From: Paraphysomonas bandaiensis
Lineage: Eukaryota > Protista > Chrysophyceae
Reading direction: 5' to 3'
Assembly (NCBI GenBank): GCA_965644295.1
Contig: CBFFRP010000253.1
Location: forward strand, 106,223-170,222
DNA length: 64,000 nucleotides
The notes under the pieces are model-generated. The model was not told the origin of the DNA and made no database searches. It saw nothing but the letters and a program-made list of their open reading frames with translations. Every line of letters starts with the position of its first letter. The stretch's first letter is position 1. The translations under genes were made by a program, and so were the position numbers. Below, piece by piece: positions 36,749 to 50,114 of the stretch.

Positions 36749-37705
36749 TTTAATTAAAGTAGGTTGTAGTCAATTATAATTGCAATTATTATTTGCTGTC
36801 CCAATTTCTATTACTTCCATTCATTGATCAATTAATTAATGCATGCATATTTCAACTAATTTTGAATGTATGATGTCCCATTCAGAGGGCATGTCCTAGT
36901 AGTGTGCTAGTGTTGATTAAACTAAGCAATGTATAGTTCATTAGTATCCCGGCGTATTCTTTGTGTGTGGCACCAAGCAAGCTCCTGCTAGATACTATAG
37001 TTGCATAGTCCATACACGATTACGATGCCATGCTAGGTCTGTATTGAGTCATGCATAATCACAAGAAGCTCCGCGCAATTTTTGTTAGGGGTGCGATGGT
37101 GAACATATCTTTGGCTAGAATCCGCGTGAATTACATATACAAGTCATGCATAGCTATGAGATATCTCGTGAAATCTATATGAAGGCGAACAGAGATGGAG
37201 AAGTAGGGTGGGCGGGTAGGTAACTGCGTAAAATCAGCACCAAATCATGGTGATATAAGCGGTGTTTATACGCTATGGCCAAAGTGTGGGAAGAGGGCAC
37301 GTCCTGTCCAAATCCATCCATACCATTCCAACTGCTCATGCTAACCGTCCTGTTACTTAATACATGAGAAATAATATGCATTACAGAAAAATTAGGATTT
37401 TTATAGTTTTCTGAAATGAAGGGATGAAAAAACAGGGTTTTATAGCAGTCGATTTCCACAAAAGATGACTTTTATATATCGAGTGGTAGTTGCCATTTCA
37501 TATTTCAGTTTATCCCCTTAAGATACTTCTATGTAGCCAATGGGAAGTTCGTATTATTTTTGAGAATCGTATGTCAGTGTTCTACGTCTATTTTCATATA
37601 TAATTCATAGTATATAATGGACCATATATTCGACACCATGTAAGCGTACTCACTCTATAGGTATGTATGTATATATATGAAACTATAGGTGTGTATGTAC
37701 ACTAC

Positions 37706-37748
37706 ATACATACACATACATACATACATACATACATACATACATACA
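37706..37748 (+). repeat. Short (TACA)n tract upstream of the SNF2 gene
   Basis: Directly visible; followed by a (TA)n run. Confidence 0.9.
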
Positions 37749-37890
37749 CATAGAGTTATATATATATATATATATACGCTCTAGTTCTATAGATTTGAAT
37801 TATAGATCATACGAGGGTAATTGTAGTAAATAAATACACCTCAATTGACTAATTTCAATCCAATAGATCATAATATAAGGGTTATTTACC

Positions 37891-40800
37891 ATGTCCGATC
37901 CTTCAATTGATCATAATGAGAAGAAACTACATGCAACGGAGTCAGTTGGATATATACGCTCTATGAATGATATATCATGCAAATCAGAATCAAAGAATAC
38001 AGAGAATACAACAGAATTAAATTCTTATACAGATTCTTATAGTGGAAATATGGATTATATTAATTCGAAACAATCAGAGGTGTTACAAGGTCAGATTATG
38101 CAGTACAGGATCCTTTCTAAGAGATTTACTGATATGAAAGCATCATTACCAGTATCTACAAAAGAATCTGTATGGTATACACAAAAAGGGGTGGTATGTA
38201 TGGGTCCATCAAAAGCTGGTGAGGGTATGTTAGGTGTTAATGTTGGGGTAAGTGAGACTTTGTTTTGATTGTATGGGATTAATATTCTTTTGTTTTAATT
38301 GTATTGCAGGATGCAGGACCCTTTAGACAAATGGATGATCATCCACTTGCTCTCACAGTACCGTACATGCAACACCTACGTGAACGTATGAGTCACTCCT
38401 CAGTGAGTTCGGGTAGGGATAACGCAAGCCGGTTGTGGTTGCTCCAGCGCCAGCTAAGAGCAGACTTCATCAATACCAGTAAAACTGCCGTCCATACCAC
38501 TTTATATCCTCGTCTTTCTGCTTCAGCTACTGCTCCACCTGCCCATAAGATTCAACCACCGGATATGTACTATCGGGCAAAGAAACAGAATAAACGGGAG
38601 TGGAAACAGCTAGAGAAGGAAATCCGTAGAAAACGCATTGATCGTGATGATGCGCGCCGCAAAACGCATAACGCGTTCATGAAAGCTGTGCTGTCATATC
38701 GTGATGATTTCACCAGGTTCCATCGAGCAAAACGAAATGAAAGTGCAAAGGCTGCACGGGCGGTAAAGCAGTGGTTGGATACTCTCGAGGCCCGCAAGGA
38801 AAAGAAGGACAACAAAGCTGAGTCCAAGCGTATCCAGGCTCTTAAGGAAAATAACATGGAGGCGTACATCCAGCTTGTGCAAGAGACAAAGAACAGCAGA
38901 TTAAAGTACCTTTTGGCACAGACAGATGAGTATATAGCTACCATCAACCGTATGATTAAAGACGAAAGACAAGTCACCCCAGTGGACCAGGTATACTTTC
39001 ACAACGTACCTACATATTGCGTTGTATTGGTGTTGTGATAGATGCGTATTCTAACACGTTACTATATAGGATGATGCTGGCGAAGGTGTGGATAGTGTAG
39101 AAGCTGGAGACAAAGCCTCAAAGGTATCCAAAGACTACTACAAAGATACACATAGGTACAAAGAGAAAGTCACCCAGCCTCGCATGTTGCAAGGAGGAGA
39201 CCTGAAAGAGTATCAAATGACAGGGTTACAGTGGCTGGTCTCACTCTATAACAATAACCTCAACGGTATATTGGCAGACGAGATGGGTCTTGGCAAGACT
39301 ATTCAATCTCTTGCTCTTCTGGCGTATGTTATGGAATTTAAACACAATAACGGACCATTCCTTATTGTAGTCCCTTTGTCTACCCTGTCGAATTGGACCA
39401 ATGAGGCTGCGAAGTGGGTTCCTTCAATGATAAAGGTATGTGTGGTAGAGTTTGGTATGGCGTATAGGCCTTATTCTGTTGTTGTTAGGTGATATATCGA
39501 GGAACCCCTCCACAGCGCAAACAAATATATAGAGACGAGGTTGAGCCCGGCCAGTTCAACGCTCTTTTCACGACTTACGAGTATGTGATGAAAGACCGGT
39601 CTACTCTGAAACGGATCGTGTGGCAGTACATTATAGTTGATGAAGGACACAGGCTGAAGAACGCTAACAGTAAATTTGCCCAAATACTCGGCACGTCATA
39701 CCAGTCAAAGCATAGAATTCTTTTAACTGGCACACCACTTCAAAACAACCTACCTGAGCTCTGGTCACTCTTGAACTTTCTCCTGCCCTCAATCTTTAGC
39801 AGTGTGGAGACTTTTGATCAGTGGTTCAACCAGCCGTTTTCGCAGTTCAAATCCCAGGGTCCCTCGGCTGGTGATGATGAAAACGACATGGCCCAACTCA
39901 CCCACGAGGAGCGACTGTTGATTGTTAACAGGTATGATGCCTTCTGATACATGTTGTCAACTTATATCTTGCGCAGATTACATGAGGTGCTGAGGCCTTT
40001 CATGCTTCGGCGCATGAAGGCACAGGTCCTCGATCAGCTTCCAGAGAAAACAGAAACTATTCTGCGATGCGAAATGTCGGGGTGGCAGAAAAAACTGTAC
40101 AAGCTCATCCATCAACGTACTCTCTCAACTGTGAAGGATGCTGTAGGGAATGTGTCAAATGTATATGGAACAGGGTTAAATAACGTCATCATGCAATTGA
40201 GGAAAGTGTGTAACCACCCGTACCTCTTTCTTAACGACTGGCCAACGGATGATGACCTCGTTCGAGCTTCTGGGAAGTTCGAGCTCTTGGATCGCATGCT
40301 CCCCAAGTTAAAGGCAGCAGGGCATAGGGTCTTAATGTTTTCCCAAATGACTCAAGTGATGAGTATTCTAGAACATTTTTTTGAGCTACGCGGATACCCC
40401 TATTTGCGACTAGATGGTAGTACTGTAGCGGAGGAAAGAGAGAGGCGTATGTTTATGTTTAATGACCCAGATTCGCCTTTCTTCGTATTTCTGTTGTCTA
40501 CCAGGGCTGGGGGACTGGGGTTAAACCTTGCCACAGCAGACACGGTTATCCTCTTTGATAGTGATTGGAATCCAATGATGGATGCTCAGGCACAAGATAG
40601 AGCCCATCGTATTGGCCAGAAGAACGAGGTAAAGGTTTTCCGCTTGGTGACGAACTCCATGATAGAAGAGAAGATCCTCGCTCGGGCCACGGACAAGAGG
40701 AACTTAACAGGTTTGGTTGTGGAGGCAGGGAAGTTTAACCGATCCAAAGAGGGCGCGGAGAAGGATGGAGGGGACAGAAAGGCTCTCGTAGAGGCTCTTC

Positions 40801-42209
40801 TAAAGGAATATACTAATGGAAATGAATTTGAGGAAGACGGCGAAGCGGAGGAAGCGGCAGTTCCAGATGATGATCAGATCAACTATATGATGGCAACCAA
40901 CGACGGGGAAGCAGCCCTTTACCAGCAGATTGATAAAAGGCGTGAGGAAGAAAGGGAGGCGAAGGCAGCAGCACTAAACAAGACCACTAAGCGACCTGGT
41001 CGAACAGGTGCTTCTACTGCTCTACCTCCTCCTCTCATGGAGGAAAATGGGGTCCCCGCATGGGCCAGAGAGCAGTCGGCATGGTTGTCAAAACACCAGC
41101 AACTCTTCCTGATGTCCGAGCATGTTGAAAAGATGAATATTTCCGCTACTAGTGAAGGCTACACTCTTGCCGACGAGGAGGAAGAGTCGAATGTCGATAC
41201 CACATCCCAGGATGGAGACACAGGTGAGGGAGGGCGGGGAGCGATGCCATCCATGAGAAAGCGCAAGGCTGTTGTGTATGATGATGGGCTATCAGACGCA
41301 CAGTTTGTTGATTTTGTGGAACGTGGGGGACAGGTAAGGTCTACAGGCTCATATTATCATATTATATGCATATTGTATTCTACAACTTGCGTATACATGC
41401 TAATATATAGAGCAATGGTCTAAGACTGTATGCAGCCAGAAGATTTTGCAGCAGTCAAGCGAAAGGGTCCGAAATCGAGAGGGCCAGTCAATACTGGTGT
41501 AGGAGCTGCTATTACTCCAGAACTTTCCAAGAAACTACAAAAAATACTCAATGATGTTTCTAAGATAAAGACTGCAGATGGTTTCAAACGCTTCCATCTG
41601 TTCATAGACAAGCCGGACAAGAAATTATATCCTGATTACTACCAAATTATAGAGACTCCAATTGCCATCAAGACGATCCAATCATATCTCAAAAAGGGAT
41701 CTTACTTGACTCTTGGTGATTTTGAGCGGGACTTGGATCTCATGGTATCGAATGCGCGTGTGTATAATGAAGATGGCTCGCATGTACACACGGAGAGTGC
41801 TGCACTTAGAGAGGAAGTGATGCGGCGGGTAGAGGAGGTGATCCCGCAATCCGACGAACAGACCACGAAAGGGGGAAATACAGATTCCCAAGTGGATGGG
41901 TCGGCGAAGAAAAAACGAAAGCCTGGGCGACCTCCGAAGGCTGGCTCGACCTCTGATGCTGGGGTCGGTGGCCGGGGTATTGGGCTTAATGCGCCCCCGC
42001 AAATAGAGTCCACTAGAGCCCAAGCCCCGAGTCCAGCAACTCTCAGCACTGCATCCGGCATGGAATCGGATGACTCGGGAAACTCTCTTCGCATGACACT
42101 GCCCTCGAAACTATTCAAGCGACAGCAAGAGTACGGGGATGAGAGCGGAACAGGTGCCGTTGATCTGTCGGATTATAGAATACCAAAGCGACATAAATCT
42201 AGGAACTAG
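37891..42209 (+). CDS. SNF2: SWI/SNF ATPase, SNF2/BRM (SMARCA2/4-like), 6 exons
   Basis: QLQ-like [16 protein letters not shown] region, [27 protein letters not shown], SnAC-like region, bromodomain (YPDYY...NARVYN) and AT-hook KPGRPPK. Confidence 0.95.
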
Positions 42210-42632
42210 ATTCCTTATCATGTTGTGTAGATGTTACGTACGGAATAGTTTAGATCGTGGCGGGAGATGATCATTTTAGTAGTGCTGCAAAGATATTATT
42301 TTGTGAATAACTACTTGAACTTCCATCAATTTAGCTTTTTGATAACGACATTTCAGTCTAATAACAATACAGTCATATGTAGATATAGAGAAATTTGGCC
42401 GGATGAAAATTAGATATTTCTCTCCATGTTATACTTTATATTGCCGTGAAATTAAATAGTCCACAGCCCACGCTGTAAGTTTTGCAGTTAGAGATCAATT
42501 AAAAGTTGCTACACTGAATTATGACCGTTACTTGAAGAATATAACTGAGATTATAGGAACCATAGTCGTGAAACTGAAATATATTGACCGCATAAATCGT
42601 GATATCTCTAAGATTGTGTAAATATTATTGGT

Positions 42633-42991
42633 AGGTGAGATTATTAGAATATGGGTTATATTCTAGTACATTCAGTGTGTCACTTGAAGACAATGTACGA
42701 GAATACAGTGAAATATGGTGATGTACGAATGCTGTGATGATATTATTGAGAAACTGAAATAGTTTGATCTTTCAACATGTTTAGTAGCGAGAGGTTCACA
42801 TATATATGTAGGAGATTATGCGTGGAACAAAATGAGATTGTGTTGTTTGTCACATTTCATTTAAACGATATTAATTAATCTAAAATGAGATTGTGTTGTT
42901 TGTCACATTTCATTTAAACGATATTAGTTAATCTATCTAGTCTAATGACAAATTTATCTGAGATCTAGTTAAGAACGAGTAATTTCCAACA
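42633..42991 (+). repeat. Diverged solo LTR of copia family B with an internal 53-bp tandem duplication (42829-42934)
   Basis: Colinear with 61766-62067 (for example AAGACAATGTACGAGAATACAGTGAAATAT); ends CAACA; no PBS or gag follows. Confidence 0.88.
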
Positions 42992-43028
42992 GAGATGACA
43001 TGAATTTAGCGATTGGCAAATGATATTA

Positions 43029-43711
43029 GCAGTAGGCGTTTGAGAGTCATTACAATTTAATTAACTCGTGCTTAACTCTGAATACTATTGTAGTATTACA
43101 ATTAGCGCGGGTAATCTCAATCACATATCACACATTACTTATTACTTAATACTTATTAGTCCAAAAATGACTTGTTAGATACGAATTAGGGTGTTCGGAC
43201 GTACAATATTAATTAATTTATAATGGGGATGCCCTCAACAAAGTCGGACTTGCACCTTTTCGTAGTGTTATGGAGGATAAGTACCAGAGACATTTCTCCG
43301 GGAAATTAACATGAGTTGCATCATGCATAGTCAGCAGATACTTTTCTGCCCACTCATAGCCAAGTTCTTGTATGGTACAAAGGGACACTAATATAAGTGT
43401 CACTTGTGTAGACGTCTATGGGCCCTGAGCCTGACGAATAAACATGCATCCGGTTCATTGGGATGCCAGCTGAAGTCAAACACTCGGCTAAGTCAAAATC
43501 CTGAAGTCATCAGATGCCAGGTATATCAATATTCTGCTTGCTCATTGCTCACGGCGGTTGCTTTGAGTGATGCAAAAGTGGTTGCACTTTGGTGCTTGCG
43601 TTTGACACACAAGCAGCTTTCGTAGGGTGTACTAGAGTAGGATATCAGAGTTGAGCACTAGTTAATTAAATTGTAATGCTCAATTAGTACTGACTCTTAA
43701 ACGCCTACTGC
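43029..43711. mobile_element. Non-autonomous TIR element (MITE), Tc1/mariner-like TA target duplication
   Basis: TA|GCAGTAGGCGTTT...AAACGCCTACTGC|TA; imperfect TIRs of about 55-70 bp; no credible ORF. Confidence 0.8.
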
Positions 43712-43918
43712 TAACAATAAGTCATTCACTACTGATGTGCCTATATATATTGTGTCCCAAATACACGATATTGTGACTTGTTCGCGCATTTATTACGTGC
43801 AATGTGATATGGCAAAAAAAGAACACCCAATATCACATCAAAATTCCAGTTATATGCATCAAAATATTTCCACATACACCACTTAACCTCTAGTCATGCG
43901 TTTCCGTATTTCACGCAA

Positions 43919-46445
43919 TTAAGCATCCTCCTTGCAACTTGTCGAGCAATTCGGCATAGTAAACACTTTGTTAGGGTTTAAAATATTTTTCGGATCAAGG
44001 GTTGCCTTGATAGATCTCATCACTGCCATCTCTTCGGGTGTTCTATTCTTCTCAATTACATGTACCTTTTGTTGACCTATCCCATGCTCAGCAGATATAC
44101 TGCCTGCAAAATATATTACTATTAACAGTATCACCTCTTCACATTGGCTTTTACAAACCTTTTCGATGGACAACAGAACTTACAACCGCTTTATCTAAAG
44201 CCCTCTTCATGACAGAAGTTATACAGCTAACATAATACGCGACCACTGCACATATATATATGAGTCAATCGTACCTGAGCTTCATTTTTTCTCTGACTCA
44301 AGATATCTTTATCCTCAAAACCTCCCAGTAGACTGAATGATTACAAAGTTCAGTTTTCAAATTCGAATCAGGGAGGCATGGATACAAAATATGATACTAT
44401 ATATCAACGACAAAAATCAATGTCTTTGAATACGAAGCTACCTTAACAGAACATTGAGGTGCAAGTTTTGATCCCCAGCATGACCATAACAGTACACTCC
44501 AAAGACAGTATCCAGCGATTCATTGAGGTCAGTATTATGGCTGCACCCAGCGGGAACATCATGGCTACGCAGTACTGTGTAACCATCTGCCTTCAATAAC
44601 TCACACACATCATCGGCCAGTTTCAGCATATCCGTAAGAGGGACAGACACATCATACTTGAGTAAGAAAGGGCCTCTAAGAGATGTATTCCGAGATATAT
44701 GAGCGAGCGACGTAGGTATCAACTCTCGTATGGACCACGTTTCCTAATGCCACGAGGATATCACCAAACATATTATTGAAAGAAACCAAATCATACACTA
44801 TACGGAGTATGACCAAATCATATTCAATGACTTACCTGCTCCTGTGTTTTATCAGAACTTATCGTGGCATCAATGACCTGGCCAGACGACAAATATGGTT
44901 CAAACAGGCGCATCAACCTGTGCATACATACCACATTGATATTAACCATTTTGCGCGAGTCATCGTAAGAATAAACTTACCGATCTGATTCCGACTCACT
45001 ACACACGTTCGACGCTGTCTCTAGCAGTACATACAACCCCTGTGAGTTCGTGTCTCTCGGAAACATTGACGTGCTGAACCTATATCCGTGTATATATTTT
45101 TACATATTAACAGTGAAGTAAAGATTGGGAGACACGATGAATACCTGTTGACCAGGTTGGGATGAACCTCACGCACCGCAGATATCGCACTAGAATCCAT
45201 GAACTCAAAAGCCGAAAGAACTTCACTAAAATGTTTCTTTGTGGAAGACAACAAGGAGCACACGACGTCGAATGAAGAAACCTGATACACACGAGATAAA
45301 CATACAAAACACTACCGTGAAAACGGTCACCTTCGCCAGGACCACACTAGTGTACCTGGGAAGTGGGGCAAGACTAAGCGCTACTTTCGTAATAATTCCC
45401 AGAGTACCTTCAGAACCTAAACATCGGCAAGAATTGGTGTGATATACCACAGCGATGTTGGTGAGCTATTATACACAAGTCTACAACATATTGTATTCCT
45501 GAGCACTACATAGTACAATACAAGTGGCTAAGTGAATTGGGAGCATTGTATTCAATACAGAAATATCAGATGTAGCATACGGGTATAGAGCATAGACGCT
45601 ATACTCCATAAAATGTAGGGCAACGCAGATCCTACCAATGAACATGTGCTTCAGAGGATACCCACAGTTGTCTTTCCGTAATACTCGAAGCATATCCAAT
45701 ACAGTTCCATCTGCCAGCACAACCTCCAAACCTACAACGTTGACGCACAATTACTTGTGCAATTGCATTTTACAAGTCTAGCCCAAACATGTAGTCTTTG
45801 TACAAAGAAGTATACACACCTAGTACATTCTCATGCATGGAGCCATATCTTAGAAGCTTCAATCCACCCGCATTGGTAGCCACATTCCCACCGATAGCAC
45901 ATGACCCCTTTGCACCAAGATCTAACGGTATCATACATCCTTTTTCGGCAACAGCATCCATAAGATCTTGCAATATACATCCCGCATCACATACAATCAC
46001 CCCTACAAACATACAATCACCCCTACATATCAATTTATTTTATTACTTTTAACATACCACTAATTGCATCAATCTCATAAATTTTATTCATATGTTCAGT
46101 TGATATAATTAATTCATCATTTATACCAACTGAACCTCCTACTAAACTTGTATTACCACCTTGTGGGACGACTGCAATATTATGATCATAACAATACTTC
46201 ATCATACATGAAACTTCATGTGTTGATGATGGTAAACATACTATACTACCACCATGATAATGTTTGGTCCAATCTATTGTATATTTTTGTATATTATGAT
46301 TTAAAATTTGTTTGGATTTGAATAAAGTTTGTAATTGTTTAATATGATAATGTGATGGGGAATGATAGAAGGAGATGATTGGAATGATTCTTTGTATGAA
46401 GGATAAATGATGTGTAAGATAAGAACGATATGATGGTAGATACAT
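43919..46445 (-). CDS. D2HGDH: Mitochondrial D-2-hydroxyglutarate dehydrogenase (FAD-linked oxidase), multi-exon
   Basis: [72 protein letters not shown] and [11 protein letters not shown]. Start codon uncertain. Confidence 0.92.
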
Positions 46446-47133
46446 GGTGATATATATGTATATATTGTGAGAGTGAGAGTTCTATGAGTTCTATATAGAG
46501 ACTTAGTGGTAGTTAGCATCTTATTATTCGGAAATAAATTGAAGCAAATATTCTTTATATTATTGTAATACAACTATGGCTAGAATACAGATAATTGTTG
46601 TCTCAATATTAGAGGTATTTTGGAACAAAAATATACAGAGGATGCTGATATGTAGAGTTCTATATGGAGTATGCTGTATGTCTAGCCGTGTATGGCTGCT
46701 GTATGGCTGCTGTATGTTGTAAAGGTAGGATTGGTAAATGTACTAATGTATATGTACCTGCATACCATTCGTATAGGTACATATTGTACTCCTTAAGTAC
46801 TCTATATGTGTGCATGTACCTATAGAATGTACCCCATGACAAATAATCAGGACATACTCTGTAAGTACGTGAAGTAGAAGAATGAAGATGTATATTATTT
46901 GACGTAACATCAACTTCCTTCACCTATCCAGCAAATAACATACCTGTCTCATCAATTACTGAAATATGATTCGATATATTATTCAACCTTCTTTCATTCA
47001 ATAATAACGATATTATGATTGGATATTTTCTTCCAAGGAAAAGCACTTAAGTGAAAGCACTATATATCGGATGATATCACTATGAACTCAATCATATTAA
47101 CTTACAATACACTAATACACTGAATTATTCAAT

Positions 47134-48786
47134 ATGTTGACAACTATTCGATCTGGAAGAAATATAGACATACTCACATCTCTTATTCATCATCCACTTA
47201 GATGTGTATCTCCTTATCACACTCTTATTAGCTATAGACTATACTCAACTACTAAAAAACAAGTTGCTGTCCCTCAATGGATTATACAAAGATCTCGTTA
47301 TGGTCTAACTGATCGAACTGAATTAGCAGAAACATTTGCACGTAATTGTCATGATAAAATATTTAAACAAGCTCTAACTGATAATTTGGATCAATTACAC
47401 TCTGCTATATCACTCATAGCTAATATACATAGTAATGAAAACTCTCAAAAACGTATGATAAAAGCATTTATTTGTTTTGCTCAAGATTCTACTCTGAAGA
47501 ATCATCTGATTGAAGCGGGAGCGGTGTCAAGACTGTTTTCTGTAGTATATAATGGCTCAAGTTACCTCAGAGGGCATGCTGCTTTATGTATCTATCTTTT
47601 ATCTCAACCCACTAATGATAGTATGGCAGCCAACAATTATCACCCATTTCATCTCACTGAGACTCAGCAGACTGTTCTTGCTTCATCTTTGGTGAATATG
47701 ATGTTGTGTCTCAGCACGAGTGGTCCAGACCCCCTGCTTAAGCACGTCATGGGTGCACTGTGTACCATCGCTGAAGAAAATCCTTCTGTTCGTGTTCATA
47801 TGGTTTCTTCAGGGTTGGTTTGTAACTTGGTTCCACTGGTGTTACATGAAGATTTGGAAACTTCAACAACTGCTCTGCATCTTCTAGAGTGTATTTCACA
47901 TTTTCCAGGCTTATTGAACTCCTCGGCTCCACACTCTTCCCTCAGCGTATCTCTAGCGCTTTCACAACTGCTGACTCAAGGAAAGGAGGAGAATAGAGTT
48001 CAGAGTGATGAACGCATTCAGAGCATTTCTCATTGTATTACTCACCTCGCGTCAGACCCAGAGTGTGCTCGCAGTTTAATTCTCTCTGGTGCTTTGCGAA
48101 CCCTTCTACATAAAAAACATATATCTTCTGAAGCTCGGCCACACATACTACGTGCAGTATATGCTCTATCGTACAACCCGGACTGTGCGCGGAAGCTCTT
48201 CAATTACAACCAGTACGCAGTTATACGAGATATTCTTTTGTTTTGTGGAGATCCTGCGAGAGAATACGTTTTGCGAGAATTGCGTTCTCAGTTATGCTTT
48301 GCAGAAGATGAAGTACGGGCAAACACAGCCAATGTTGTACATAGTGACAAGTGGGGGGCTCACATAGTATCTGCACTGGAATTAGGATCGATTGACACGA
48401 AGGAATGTGCAGCTGGAGTTTTATTTGCACTTGTTGCAGAAAGTCAAGAGTTTTATCCTATCGTAACTAATACGGAATGTCTCGGGTTGATTGCATCAAC
48501 ATTGAACGCAAAATCAAACACTGTAGATACTCAAGTAAGTCTTCTGGGGACACTCAGTGTGATTTCAGGTCACGACGAATACATTTCAGTCATTGCAAGG
48601 CGGCCACTGGTTGAAGCTGTGTCATCTCTCTTTATGGACTCTACCTTTTCTTTTTCTGGTCGAGTTCACGCTGCAGTGTTCCTGGCTAATCTTCACTCTT
48701 CTTCGCACAATGGAAACCTAATCGCAGAAGATGTTTTTACTTCCTTGGTTTTGTTCTTAGAGGAAGACGCATATCATTGGGCATAG
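47134..48786 (+). CDS. Armadillo-repeat-like protein, possible mitochondrial presequence
   Basis: 550-aa intronless ORF with helical repeats such as LIEAGAVSRL, LILSGALRTL and KECAAGVLFAL; Arg/Ser-rich N-terminus. Confidence 0.65.
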   Translation: MLTTIRSGRNIDILTSLIHHPLRCVSPYHTLISYRLYSTTKKQVAVPQWIIQRSRYGLTDRTELAETFARNCHDKIFKQALTDNLDQLHSAISLIANIHSNENSQKRMIKAFICFAQDSTLKNHLIEAGAVSRLFSVVYNGSSYLRGHAALCIYLLSQPTNDSMAANNYHPFHLTETQQTVLASSLVNMMLCLSTSGPDPLLKHVMGALCTIAEENPSVRVHMVSSGLVCNLVPLVLHEDLETSTTALHLLECISHFPGLLNSSAPHSSLSVSLALSQLLTQGKEENRVQSDERIQSISHCITHLASDPECARSLILSGALRTLLHKKHISSEARPHILRAVYALSYNPDCARKLFNYNQYAVIRDILLFCGDPAREYVLRELRSQLCFAEDEVRANTANVVHSDKWGAHIVSALELGSIDTKECAAGVLFALVAESQEFYPIVTNTECLGLIASTLNAKSNTVDTQVSLLGTLSVISGHDEYISVIARRPLVEAVSSLFMDSTFSFSGRVHAAVFLANLHSSSHNGNLIAEDVFTSLVLFLEEDAYHWA

Positions 48787-50114
48787 ATTTACTTCTCTCT
48801 ATTGGCCACTATATCTCTTGTATTGATATTTTAAGTCATTTATTACACGTTTTTTTGCTACATGATATTTTGTGTGTGATACCACTATACTATTTGCTAT
48901 ATTTTAATATTATGTTTTGTTTTTTTGCCAGTCATCTTTTATAGCTACCAAGATTTAGCTATTCTATTGAAAGTAATAACGATTATTTTGAGGTTTAAAC
49001 CAACACTTGTAATACACATGTCTATGATCTATGAGTATTATATTTCCTCTACAAACAATTGTCTCTAGAAATTAGAATGGTATAATCCTATTGTGTCTAT
49101 ATTAAGGTGTCGGGTACGTCACAGCTGAATCAGAGGTGTGTGTCATGGACGTCACAATCGATAAAAGATCATGTAAATTTTATTTTAACTGGTCTTTCAG
49201 TGCGTTTTGTAACTGTCAATGGAATCAGTATGTTTAAATTAAATTTATTAGAGACAATAGTGTACACAATGCTCTTGCATCGCATAAATGCGCAGATTTT
49301 GCTGTCTATGTGGCTATTGGCATGAATATGGAGTCAGTTAGACTCCTGTTGAAATATATCACATCAGAAGAACTCTAGAATCAAAAGAACGTCAATAATG
49401 AGGCTTTCTGCAATATCATTATTAGTTCAGTTGGGCGATATGGGAGTGTCAATATATCACACTATATACTATCAGACAGTGCACACAGTGATCTAATAGC
49501 ACACTGCAGGACGAGATGACACTCTAATCAGTGTGTGTATTCGTTCATCATGCAGATACCATGATCGTGCATATCAATATATCTTACTAGTATAGATGCA
49601 ACTTATTTGTAGCTCATGTATATATATGTATATGAATATATATATGTATGTATGGCTGTATGCATATGAATGTGTCCATTAACAGATGCATCTATGAGTT
49701 GTCAGTTGAACTATATCCAATCATTTAATAGGAAAGTGTAAACAAGAGATTTTATTCGTTAACATAGTCACTTACACTATTGTATCCAATCATATAATAT
49801 AAACTAAAAAACAAGATATATGATTAGTTATTTTCTTCATGGACTGTATTTTTGTTGCACATATATATACATATATACACATATGCAACATGCTCCTCAC
49901 ATGCATGCAGCTCATGCAACTCATGCATTGCTTGATGACATAGAATGCAATATATTGCAACTATAATCCATCCTATCCATCCATAACACTTTATCTTCTA
50001 CTCCACATCATATCATAACCCCCTTATTCCCTTCAAAGGGGAACAAGCATCTCTATATATACATATATATCTATACACATATATATACACACTTATCTAT
50101 ACATATATTGCATA

